A stretch of 64,000 bases of DNA from a virus. Of this stretch, positions 36,553 to 45,720 are shown one piece after another. The notes under the pieces are model-generated. The model made no database searches and was not told where the DNA came from. It saw nothing but the letters and a program-made list of their open reading frames with translations. Each line of letters starts with the position of its first letter. The first letter of the stretch is position 1. The position numbers were made by a program, and so were the translations under genes. Where the stretch lies: positions 15,962 through 79,961 of IMG/VR virus record IMGVR_UViG_3300012351_000008. One strand, 5' to 3'.

Positions 36553-38202
36553 CTATGCATGATACCACTTAGATACACTACTATCCCATTTAAAGAACAT
36601 ACATCTATTAGCAGCAATCACTGCTGATACACCATCAGCCACGTTACTTGTGCCAACAACTGCAAACGTAACAGTAAAAGCGCTTTCGTTCGTAACAACG
36701 CATTCCTGACCTACTATCGTTCCAGCTTGCATAATTACTCCAGTAACATTGCCGGTCGGTGCAACGCGTGCCTCTCCTATATTCGCAGTTGTTATGGTGC
36801 CAGCAGTGGCAATGGCTGCCGCACTCGCGCTTTGTCCAGTAGCCAGAACACCACTTGATGTGATATTTCCTGTACTGGCATCAAGATTATATTTAAGAGT
36901 CGACCCATTATCAGAGTAGCCGCTAAACGCGAAGCCGTTCTTGAGTTGGAACACGGAATCATAGGTATCAAGGGAAAAAAGGACAGACCCGGAATTATTG
37001 ATAACTTGTAGACCATAGAAGCTCCCATTGCCAATTTGGAAAAATCCACCCTTGCCCGGTGTTCCGTCAGAAGTGACCCCATTCATTTTGAGGTATCCGC
37101 TCGAACCTCCTACTGGATAACCGCTATTGCTAAAAATGCCTGTCCCGGCAGTTTGATAGGCATTTATCTCGTAGACATTCCCTGTAGTATTTCTTTCGTC
37201 AAGTACACCTGTATTGCAGCTAAACGATTTCCCTGAGATATTGCAGATATTAGCTGTAGCAGCAGTTGTTACCCCTGCCGATTGGAATGTTTGACTCGTG
37301 TACGGAGTTTGCCCTGCGGCCTGCCCAAATTGAATACCACGTCCTTGTCGAGTTGCGTCTCCAGTACTTCCAACTTCAAGATTTACTGCCTGGCAATCAT
37401 TTGCCAGGAGTACAAGGGCACACGTATCGGACCCTTCAATCTGGCAGCTTGTGAGAATAAGTTCAGATGATTCATTGAGCAAAGTTACCGCGCTGACACC
37501 AGTTGGCGTTGCCCAGAAGTGACAGTGGCTCATTCTCAGTGCAATACAGTTCGGGGCAATATGCACAACATGCGAACCGCTTGCGAAACCAGAGACAGCA
37601 TCCCACTGCATGTCGGTTGGACCACCTATTTCGATAGCCATTCCGTTACAGTCATGAGACATAACATCATACCAATGTGGCATAAAAGCGTTATTTGGTG
37701 CAGTTGGGTTCGCACTTGCATACCAATCTAACAAGATATTTCCACTGTATCCACTGCGTATCTCAACATGCTCAAAGATATGCCCATACCCGTAACAGCG
37801 TATAGGATAACTTGGTCCCGCTGTCTGGTTGGCTTTATTGCCATCCAGCGTCAGATCACGAAATCCCCAATAATTTGTACCCGTTGAAGAACCAGCCCCG
37901 TTTACCCCTGCAAGATTGATGTTTGCTGTGTTTGCACTGAAAAGGTCGGCATTTGCTCCGTTTTTTAATTTAATGGTAGTGACACCTTCTCCTGCACCTA
38001 CATATTGCACATTGGCTTTTATTGCCTGGTTCGTACTAATGTAAGTACCCGGAGGAAAGAAGAGTATACCCCCTGCTACCGCAACAGCCGTATTCGCCGC
38101 AGCAATGGCTGTGGTATCATCTGTTGAACCGTCACCAAGAGCACCGTAGTCCTTCACATTGGTGAAAAAACTATTCTTTTGTTGAAATAACCATACAGGC
38201 AT
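36553..38202 (-). CDS. pectin-lyase-fold beta-helix protein (tailspike/depolymerase-like)
   Basis: NVKDYGALGDGSTDDTTAI...LFFPPGTY...DLTLDGNKANQ. Confidence 0.8.
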   Translation of the reverse strand: MPVWLFQQKNSFFTNVKDYGALGDGSTDDTTAIAAANTAVAVAGGILFFPPGTYISTNQAIKANVQYVGAGEGVTTIKLKNGANADLFSANTANINLAGVNGAGSSTGTNYWGFRDLTLDGNKANQTAGPSYPIRCYGYGHIFEHVEIRSGYSGNILLDWYASANPTAPNNAFMPHWYDVMSHDCNGMAIEIGGPTDMQWDAVSGFASGSHVVHIAPNCIALRMSHCHFWATPTGVSAVTLLNESSELILTSCQIEGSDTCALVLLANDCQAVNLEVGSTGDATRQGRGIQFGQAAGQTPYTSQTFQSAGVTTAATANICNISGKSFSCNTGVLDERNTTGNVYEINAYQTAGTGIFSNSGYPVGGSSGYLKMNGVTSDGTPGKGGFFQIGNGSFYGLQVINNSGSVLFSLDTYDSVFQLKNGFAFSGYSDNGSTLKYNLDASTGNITSSGVLATGQSASAAAIATAGTITTANIGEARVAPTGNVTGVIMQAGTIVGQECVVTNESAFTVTFAVVGTSNVADGVSAVIAANRCMFFKWDSSVSKWYHA

Positions 38203-38205
38203 AAT

Positions 38206-38394
38206 TTACGCTATCTGCACCGTCCCTATATATCCAGTCATACCCTGAGCTGTTGCCAGATCAGCCGGTGCCGGATTGACCCAATGCCACACGTATGCGG
38301 TATCAGTCCCGCGCACAAGCTCAGTGCCGTCCAGATCATTCATGGCAACACGGACGGCATGGTTCATAGCAGTGATCAGAATATATTCAGTCAT
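38206..38394 (-). CDS. small protein, tandem paralog A
   Basis: 62 aa; 28/62 identical to 38489-38677 by manual ungapped alignment. Confidence 0.7.
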   Translation of the reverse strand: MTEYILITAMNHAVRVAMNDLDGTELVRGTDTAYVWHWVNPAPADLATAQGMTGYIGTVQIA

Positions 38395-38415
38395 GAAATG
38401 CTTCTTTCCTCACAT

Positions 38416-38464
38416 AAAACAAAAAACACCACAACTAGCGAACTAGTGTGGCGCAATGGCTCGT
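38416..38464 (-). promoter_or_regulatory. tandem motif overlapping a terminator
   Basis: ACGAGCCATTGCGCCACA (38447-38464); stem capped by CTAG-TTCG-CTAG; T-tract. Confidence 0.75.
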
Positions 38465-38488
38465 AAAATAAACTATGCTGGCAACCGG

Positions 38489-38677
38489 TTAACTCACTTG
38501 CACTTTTCCGATGTAACCAGTCATACCCTCAACATCGGTTAAATCAGTCGAGGATGGATTGAACCAGTCCCAACAAATAAAGGTGGACTGGGCCGCAATA
38601 AGCTCAGGACTACTAAGCGCATTCATTGCTGAGATGACGGTGCTGTCGTTCAAGGTCACGATGATATATTCAGCCAT
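38489..38677 (-). CDS. small protein, tandem paralog B
   Basis: AGGAG RBS; MAEYII...GMTGYIGKVQVS. Confidence 0.7.
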   Translation of the reverse strand: MAEYIIVTLNDSTVISAMNALSSPELIAAQSTFICWDWFNPSSTDLTDVEGMTGYIGKVQVS

Positions 38678-38858
38678 AAAGAAATATCTCCTGTAGTGTG
38701 TTAATTGCCGGGAAAAGACGAAGAGATAATAGGCATGTAAAAGCACGTAAAGTTGCTTGTAGAGCCGTTTTGTGGTATACTTGAGGTACATATTGTTGAG
38801 GCCCACAGGTACTCGAAATACCTATGAGCCGGTGATACATCTGGATTGGAGATGCATC

Positions 38859-40196
38859 GTGACTACTATACTCGATTCTACCAGTGAACAACAACCCCGG
38901 AGCGACTTTTACACATACATGTTGCGCAGACCCGCTGGCCCTGATACCCCTCCTGAGATAATCTTTCCCGATGGCACTGTTCCCTTTTATATTGGAAAGG
39001 GGCATGGAAGACGTATTAAAGGTCATGAAATGTGTGCTCAAAAGAGAGAAGACTGCCGACACATTTCTTGTAGAGTTATTCGTAAAGTTTGGCGTGAAGA
39101 TGGTGAAATAGTTTCTGATAAGATGGAAGAACATCTTACAGAAGTAGAAGCATTTAAGCAAGAAAAAAGCTGGATTGCATATGGACGTAAAATTGGATGG
39201 CCCTTGAGAAACCTGACTGATGGTGGAGAAGGTACCTCTGGATATAAGACTGCCCCTGCTCAGATTGAAAGACACCGACAACAGATGAAAGAACTGTTTT
39301 CTGCGTCTGAGAGGGTTGAAAATCAACGCCAAATAATGTTGCAATATTGGGAGGAACATCCAGAGATACGTGAACAATACCGCATCAAATGCGCTGATCC
39401 TGTTGCGCGTGCTAAACTCGGAGAACCCAACATTGGCAACGCATACAACGCTAAATCTTATGAAGGTTTTATGAATCCTCTGGGAGAGGTCTTCATAGGC
39501 ATTTTTAATCTTGCTCAATTTGCCAGAGAACATAACCTTGACAGGGTTCATTTGGGTGAAGTAGATCAGGGAACCCGCATTTCTCACAAAGGCTGGACAC
39601 GCTACCCACCGTTGGAACGAGAGGAGAAACCACCGACTTATGCAAAATCGGGATTCAAGTCCCCTGATGGAACTATCTATGAGGCTGAAGTCGTTCCAAA
39701 CCTTACTAGCTTTTGTGCGCAGCATGGACTGGAAAGAAGGTGTATGGGACAACTTGGGAAGGGCGAACTTCATTCCTACAAAGGCTGGACACGTCACCCA
39801 GAGATCAAGCCAGAAAGAGATTATCATAACACCTATACAGGCCCATCTTTGATAAGCCCTGAAGGTGTTATCTATACCCCTGAAATGATTGATAATCTGA
39901 CTCAATTTTCTCTCACTCATAGTTTGCAAACGAGCAATATGTCATTAGTTGCTCAAGGTAAACAAGTTGCACACAAAGGCTGGACACGCTACCCACCGCT
40001 TGAAAAGCCATCTAAGTATATTCCTGTCAAATCTCCTAATGGAACGATCTATACCATTGATAATATGTCCGAATTTTGCCGCCAACACGGACTTCATAGT
40101 AGTGCTATGTCAGCAGTAAATCTTGGCAAACTACCATCTTATAAGGGATGGACTAGGTGTGATCCTGATGTTACTCAGCCGCCCCTGTTTGAATAG
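38859..40196 (+). CDS. free-standing GIY-YIG-like homing endonuclease with four C-terminal DNA-binding repeats
   Basis: FYTYML...FYIGKG...R...E...LRNLTDGGEG; four repeats ending KGWTR; on the opposite strand to its neighbours. Confidence 0.8.
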   Translation: MTTILDSTSEQQPRSDFYTYMLRRPAGPDTPPEIIFPDGTVPFYIGKGHGRRIKGHEMCAQKREDCRHISCRVIRKVWREDGEIVSDKMEEHLTEVEAFKQEKSWIAYGRKIGWPLRNLTDGGEGTSGYKTAPAQIERHRQQMKELFSASERVENQRQIMLQYWEEHPEIREQYRIKCADPVARAKLGEPNIGNAYNAKSYEGFMNPLGEVFIGIFNLAQFAREHNLDRVHLGEVDQGTRISHKGWTRYPPLEREEKPPTYAKSGFKSPDGTIYEAEVVPNLTSFCAQHGLERRCMGQLGKGELHSYKGWTRHPEIKPERDYHNTYTGPSLISPEGVIYTPEMIDNLTQFSLTHSLQTSNMSLVAQGKQVAHKGWTRYPPLEKPSKYIPVKSPNGTIYTIDNMSEFCRQHGLHSSAMSAVNLGKLPSYKGWTRCDPDVTQPPLFE

Positions 40197-40226
40197 CAGA
40201 ATTTATCAGTCATAATTATTCTATAT

Positions 40227-41390
40227 CTACAATTTAATTGTGACTGAAACTGAAATATTGTTACTATTGTTGCAAATCATGGATGTGTTCACCTCATGTG
40301 CCACAAAATTACCTACAAAGTTACCTGTTGTCGTATTTGTGGCACCAGACGCCACATTCGTAATCCACGCATCGGTGTAGCTCAATACATTTGTTACTCA
40401 CTCCTAAGAGTGGGGCTAATCGTTTCTGTTCCGTTAGCCTCTCTGGTTTCTTTGTTAGGTCATTTCCCAGAGTTCAGACTGTATCTTGGCTTTCGCCCCT
40501 GCATTCAGTCGTTCGCGGGTTTGGTGCTACTCTTCATTTGAGCAATCTTCCTGAACCAAACTTCCGTCGGGATTATCTGCCTCCAGACTTTCCCCGATAT
40601 AGCAAGTGTTTCATGCTAGCTCATGTTATGCGACCAGCAAGCGGCAGCTATGTTTACCGTTTGTTGCGGAACCTCCATTTGTTGCATTGGCAAATGTAAA
40701 TGAAATTACAAGTGAACGGTTGCCTGCACCTGTAGTGGCAGTATAAACGAACGCGCCTGCTGAAAGGTTGCCACTATACGACTCAACCGGCGTAGTTGCA
40801 TTCACCTTCAAGTTACCGTTAGTTGGGTTTTCACCAACATTCGGCAGTGGTACAACGTTCGTGCCAATGGCATATGCAGCATTGCTTGTGTATGAAACAG
40901 TAGTTAATGCTGTTGCAGCTTGTGATGCTGATGCATTCATGCTGACAACTTGAGTCTGAGCTGTCCCGTATCCTACTGTTAGCTGTGTTACCGTACTTGA
41001 AATTGGGGCCGGGTAGTCCAAAGAGATAGCTGCTGGAATAGCTGCTACTGCCAGAGAAATCACACTTGTCTGCCCGTTCGTAAGTGCAGTTGTGAGTGTT
41101 GTGCTCCCTGAATTGTTGTTGATGTACAGGTTGTTCCACTGGCTAGAGTTGGAAGCGGCAGCAATGGCAGAGGCAAGGATATTGATTGCGCCCTTGTCAG
41201 TTATTACGTTTTTGGTTATTTCGCGCTTCCTGATCTCGCCTGTTTTCGGGTCCCACTGCTTCCACTCCCAAATACCGGTAGGTGCTCCGTGTGTCTCTAC
41301 CATGTCACACAGTTCAGTGAAACCGCGAGGCCGTACTGATGTGCAACGCCAGTACTCAGGGATATTGATAAGCTCTTGAGTTGGCATCAA
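40227..41390 (-). CDS. virion structural protein split by a group I intron (exons 41390-40656 and 40382-40227; 296 aa spliced)
   Basis: Joining ...AAC GGT to AGC TAC ACC... restores the frame (ATNG-SYTDAWITN...VSVTIKL). Confidence 0.8.
40383..40655 (-). mobile_element. group I intron, 273 nt, ORF-less
   Basis: 5' exon ends in U and intron ends in G; guide UAGCUGCCG pairs with exon 1 CGGU (P1) and exon 2 AGCUA (P10); core TATATCGGGGAA, AATCCCGA, AACGACT, AAGATACAGTC. Confidence 0.88.
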
Positions 41391-41426
41391 ATGAATACTC
41401 CTTCCACGATGTGGATGAGTGACGAA

Positions 41427-42317
41427 TTAAAACATTGCATACGTATCAAGCATTTTATAGGCACGCTTTGCCCATAAGCTCTCACCGGAAAAGTCTCCTC
41501 GTAGCGCTGCTACAACCCGCCGATCTCCACTACTAATATCTGCGGCTCCAAGCGGGTTGAGCCTCTTCGCTAGAATATCGCTCGTCAAGAGGACACACGC
41601 CTCACGCACGTCACCCGGCATGGATGCAGCAGGATAGCCAGCCGTGTATGTGATGGTCAAGAACAGATTGGTGGTTCTTGATATCGCTGGTAATAGGCTG
41701 TATGTACTTCCCCCGCCACCACTACCGGCAACAAGCCACGGCACACACACGACCTGCTGGCTGGCATCAACGAGCGCTTGCGTGGAGTCATAGCTCACTG
41801 GCGTGGCATTGTTTTGCTTGATGGTAATACCTGTTTCCGTTGAGACTGGGAAGTGTCGAGGGCGGAACACCAGCATACTTTGGTTATCGATACTTGCGCG
41901 ATACGATGGCATACGAAGCGTCTCTGTGTACGTTGCCTGGAAAATTGCCTGCTGCAAGTAGTTCTCTAGTGCTGCCGATGCGGCCACGATCTGATCTGCG
42001 AGACTGCCCATAACACCATCACTACATAACACCGTATATTGCGCGTGGGCATAGACAAGCCCCGGAGCCTGAATAGTGATGCTAGACGAGCCCGGTGTGA
42101 CAGGGGTAGCAACGATAACCACCTCACTACTTGAGCCATCAAAGATAGTAATGTGATCATTACTATTCAGTGCTACCGTGGTAACTGGCGTAACAGATAG
42201 TGAGGTTGCCCCAATACTTGCAGCAGCCAACAGACGTACAACATTGCCAATGAGTGAGCCGAGTTCTAAGCCTGTCGGGTTGCGCTGAACATCAAGAACC
42301 GTCGCATACAGATTCAT
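41427..42317 (-). CDS. head-tail connector (gp6-like) with inserted domain
   Basis: YATVLDV...IVAASAALENYL...ITYTAGY...PGDVREAC. Confidence 0.72.
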   Translation of the reverse strand: MNLYATVLDVQRNPTGLELGSLIGNVVRLLAAASIGATSLSVTPVTTVALNSNDHITIFDGSSSEVVIVATPVTPGSSSITIQAPGLVYAHAQYTVLCSDGVMGSLADQIVAASAALENYLQQAIFQATYTETLRMPSYRASIDNQSMLVFRPRHFPVSTETGITIKQNNATPVSYDSTQALVDASQQVVCVPWLVAGSGGGGSTYSLLPAISRTTNLFLTITYTAGYPAASMPGDVREACVLLTSDILAKRLNPLGAADISSGDRRVVAALRGDFSGESLWAKRAYKMLDTYAMF

Positions 42318-42327
42318 CGGTGCTTGT

Positions 42328-42561
42328 TTATTCCTCTCGTAAGGCACGCCTTTGTGCTCGTTGTGCCTGCCTGGCGAGCCGATCAACTTGCGGCTCGCTG
42401 GAATCGCCACGAACAGGTTCGAGATTCTCCAATGCTTCTAGACGCTCCTCTAGATCGTCTATTCTCTCCTCAAGTGAGTTAAGCGTGGGCGGTTCGAGTA
42501 CTAACGGATCAACGGAAATAGACTCTGACTTCACCTGATCTTCTTTCTTTGTCATAAACAT
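42328..42561 (-). CDS. small coiled-coil protein
   Basis: AAGGA RBS; LEERIDDLEERLEALE. Confidence 0.55.
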   Translation of the reverse strand: MFMTKKEDQVKSESISVDPLVLEPPTLNSLEERIDDLEERLEALENLEPVRGDSSEPQVDRLARQAQRAQRRALREE

Positions 42562-42570
42562 TTTCCTTTA

Positions 42571-43905
42571 TCATGTGAGCATGCTAGCGCCAACAGAATA
42601 TGTACAGCTATTTGCGTTGTTTGCAACAACCTTGACGCGCCATGTATGCGACAACACATCGGACGCAACCGAGTTAGCAGCGGCGGTCAGCCCGGGATAC
42701 ACCACATAGACATTCGTGCTATTGGTGATCACTGCTGCCCCAGTCAATTGAGCAACATACTTGCCTGACGCCACATCTTTCGCGTCAATTTCTAGCGTTA
42801 CTGAACCTGTGCCAACAACAGTCATATCCAACACGACACGCACACCGCGCCCACTGGTATTGATCTGGTCAACGGTGGTTTGTGTCGTGGTAAAGGCTGC
42901 CGAGGGGATAAGCACAAGATCATTGCCACCACTCACTTTCACCTGAAGGTTTCCACCTGCATCAACCGTTGCCTGCCGCCACGGATACGTCCCGTCTGAA
43001 ATCTGAATGTTGTTTCCACCAGTATCAGCCAAGTTAACGGTATTGACTGTCAACACGCCACTACTCACGGGAGCCACAGCCCCGGCTATGGCGGTAAACT
43101 TGATCGGAAGGATGTTCACATCAGGACCGGGCGCACCGGTCAAGGTTGAGCCTACAACATTGTCAATTCCATCAATACACCAGTAGATGTTATCGCCTTT
43201 GTAGTAGATGAAATACTTGTGAACACTGCTATCCTGGGGTTGCTTACCACTTCCGGTAGCGGCAGAGAGGTCTTGTACTGCCACCCTTGTCCCTGACTGA
43301 TAGGTGACACACATCATCTTGCCGGTAACACCGACCTCGAATCCACAGGCATTCGTGAGAGGAGCCGCCGCCGTAGGGCTGCCTGGACTGGTGCCCATTC
43401 CCCAGAAGAAGTACTGATTGGCGACGATAGGCCAAACGATGTTAACACCCGTATAGAACAGCAGCCAGCCAGGGTTAGCTGGCGGGAATGATACCGCACT
43501 TTCCAGATACGAGTAGCCTGAAATGGTTGTTCCCGTACCCAATTGCGTGTTTGTTAAAGTATTACTGGCAGCTACTCCACCTCCCGCAGCTACAGGGGCA
43601 AGCCATTTATTGGTGATGTCCAAAGTTGCCGTATCAAAGCCATCCTGGAAGAGTTGCGATGGCTCCAATGCCACGCGCAACTCACCAGCCGCCATGATAC
43701 TTGCACTTGCACTTCCGGTAGCCGTTCCAGTAATGGTGGTTTGTGTAATCATGGGTGCCGACTTCTGCCCACTAGCACCCGCCGTATTGTCGGCAACAGG
43801 CGTACCCAATTGAACCGGGAGTACGCCCGCACCGGGTGCCCACCCGGTAGCGCCTGCACGAGCACCCGCACTATCAGTCGGTGTTGGACCGGATGAAAGT
43901 GTCAT
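42571..43905 (-). CDS. virion structural/decoration protein
   Basis: Directly after the capsid gene; paralog of 35211-36539. Confidence 0.7.
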   Translation of the reverse strand: MTLSSGPTPTDSAGARAGATGWAPGAGVLPVQLGTPVADNTAGASGQKSAPMITQTTITGTATGSASASIMAAGELRVALEPSQLFQDGFDTATLDITNKWLAPVAAGGGVAASNTLTNTQLGTGTTISGYSYLESAVSFPPANPGWLLFYTGVNIVWPIVANQYFFWGMGTSPGSPTAAAPLTNACGFEVGVTGKMMCVTYQSGTRVAVQDLSAATGSGKQPQDSSVHKYFIYYKGDNIYWCIDGIDNVVGSTLTGAPGPDVNILPIKFTAIAGAVAPVSSGVLTVNTVNLADTGGNNIQISDGTYPWRQATVDAGGNLQVKVSGGNDLVLIPSAAFTTTQTTVDQINTSGRGVRVVLDMTVVGTGSVTLEIDAKDVASGKYVAQLTGAAVITNSTNVYVVYPGLTAAANSVASDVLSHTWRVKVVANNANSCTYSVGASMLT

Positions 43906-43949
43906 AACGTACTCCTATCTCACTGTATCTGAATGATACACGTAATACA

Positions 43950-45707
43950 CTAGTTAAGACTTATTCCAGTGATTAAACTCCATCCACCTAAAAACTGGTT
44001 GATGAGCGTAATGTTGATGTAAGCAGCGTATCCCCACTGCGTCCAGTGAGACTGGTCAGGCGGGTATTCTACAGCGAACATCTCACGATTGACACCAACG
44101 CGGAATGGAGGCTTGTCAATGGCGGATACAGGGAAGGGGATGGTAAAGGAGCCGATCATGATTGTGCCTTGCATCAGGTAGGGCAGCATAATCACATCAA
44201 TCACTTTGCCTGTGGTCTGATTGATGTATTTGGTCACGCGCTGGCCTGCTGTCAACTGGGACATGCCATCACCGATCTGCTGAGTGACGCGGAAGTTCGT
44301 ACCTGCTGCCACAAGATTAGAGAGCTTTTTGTGATCCTTGATGCTAACAAACATGTACTCGGGATCAGCGTGGGCACTGAGGTACATATTTTCCAGGACA
44401 GTATCAATATCAGCAAGGGCAAGTGCGCCATTGGTCGCCGATGGCATCGCAATAATTGGCGTTTCACCAGCGATACCGAGTGAGCCGGGAGTGCCATAGG
44501 TGTTGTAGATGAGGGCCTGCGCGCCATCAATAGTCAATGGCATGTTCAACGTGTTGGCATCAGTGGACTTGACCACAATAGCCGTGTTGGTAGCCGTGAC
44601 CACTGTAGAATAAGCCGTACCAGAAGTAAGGGCCGCAGCCAGTCCAAGGGTAACGGTGAAGTAGCCTTGTCGGATAGTGTTGGCAGGCTGGTTCAGTGTG
44701 TTCGCGGAGCCACCAATGAACTGGGTTGCACTACCCTGGAGCCACATGGCAGAGTTAGCTGGCTGTGTTGCACCAATGCCTGCGTACACCTGATACTTCG
44801 TAGCCGATGGTACACAGTTGATATTCATCGTGATGGTACTGGTCGAGCCTGTGGTCACAATGGACGTGGCAACTGCTGTTGCACCACCAAAGGCCAGTGT
44901 TTCACCGTTTGCATTGAGCGCTGTCACAAGAATCCAGTACGTACCAGCGGTTAACAATCCGCCAGTGGTGGCAGTAGTAAGACCGCCTACTGGAGGTGGG
45001 GACCATAACCGCTGTCCTGAGTTAATGAGCCAGAACTCTTCCTCTTGCATCAGGGCCGGGATAAGTTTAGCCGCAACGGTTGCGCGCACATCCCCCTGCC
45101 ACATTTTGCCGTAGATCTCACTCTCGAACGATACCACGTCACGGTATGCAAGCAACTTGGCGACGTTGGACAGGCTAGCGAACTGATAGGAAAGCGCCGA
45201 TGGTGTGCCAAACTGCTGTACAGCGGCACCTGCGACGGTTGGACCTGTACCACCGAAGTAGTCCAATACTGTACGCCAGTTGATGGTATCAATGCCGGGC
45301 ATTGGGTCACGTGGCGTCATGTTGAGTAGCGGGGTCATCTGTGGAATGACAAACTTGGCGGCAGGCTCTAAGTAGTAGCCCGTGAAGTTGGCATTGTTGC
45401 CAGCAAAGGTACCATCACGAGTGATTTCACCACCTTGCAATGCATCAATGGTTTCCTTGTTGAAGTTCGTAATGCCCTGGTAGGTATTTGTTCTGACTCG
45501 TTCAATGATGTCAGGCGAGAAGTTCGCACCCTCCTGATACGTTTGTGCTCCACTCATGCGTTGCGCGGCGAAGCGTTCGGCTTGAGCCGCGAGCACGTCA
45601 CGATCAGCGACCATGCCTTCCTCAATCACACCTACCGGGTCTTTGGTGTTGCCTGATGCGATTCGCGCCCCTTCCGGTAACGAATCCTTTGGTACAGTGA
45701 TAGCCAT
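43950..45707 (-). CDS. major capsid protein with internal FN3/Ig-like insertion
   Basis: Follows the protease; LEPAAKFVIPQMTPLLN...LMQEEEFWLI...PEYMFVS; insert TYWILVTALNANGET...YQVYAG. Confidence 0.75.
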   Translation of the reverse strand: MAITVPKDSLPEGARIASGNTKDPVGVIEEGMVADRDVLAAQAERFAAQRMSGAQTYQEGANFSPDIIERVRTNTYQGITNFNKETIDALQGGEITRDGTFAGNNANFTGYYLEPAAKFVIPQMTPLLNMTPRDPMPGIDTINWRTVLDYFGGTGPTVAGAAVQQFGTPSALSYQFASLSNVAKLLAYRDVVSFESEIYGKMWQGDVRATVAAKLIPALMQEEEFWLINSGQRLWSPPPVGGLTTATTGGLLTAGTYWILVTALNANGETLAFGGATAVATSIVTTGSTSTITMNINCVPSATKYQVYAGIGATQPANSAMWLQGSATQFIGGSANTLNQPANTIRQGYFTVTLGLAAALTSGTAYSTVVTATNTAIVVKSTDANTLNMPLTIDGAQALIYNTYGTPGSLGIAGETPIIAMPSATNGALALADIDTVLENMYLSAHADPEYMFVSIKDHKKLSNLVAAGTNFRVTQQIGDGMSQLTAGQRVTKYINQTTGKVIDVIMLPYLMQGTIMIGSFTIPFPVSAIDKPPFRVGVNREMFAVEYPPDQSHWTQWGYAAYINITLINQFLGGWSLITGISLN

Positions 45708-45720
45708 TATTTATCCTTAT

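Noticed and set aside
38670-39929. 419-aa minus-strand ORF
   Set aside because: Antisense shadow of the GIY-YIG gene with no recognisable motifs
40626-40655. C-terminus KHSCRLLVA of ORF 40626-41390
   Set aside because: Translation of intron sequence; the real frame continues in exon 2
35211-43905. Diversity-generating retroelement or invertible shufflon behind the paralogous blocks
   Set aside because: No reverse transcriptase; differences are not adenine-specific; copies are in direct orientation within full ORFs
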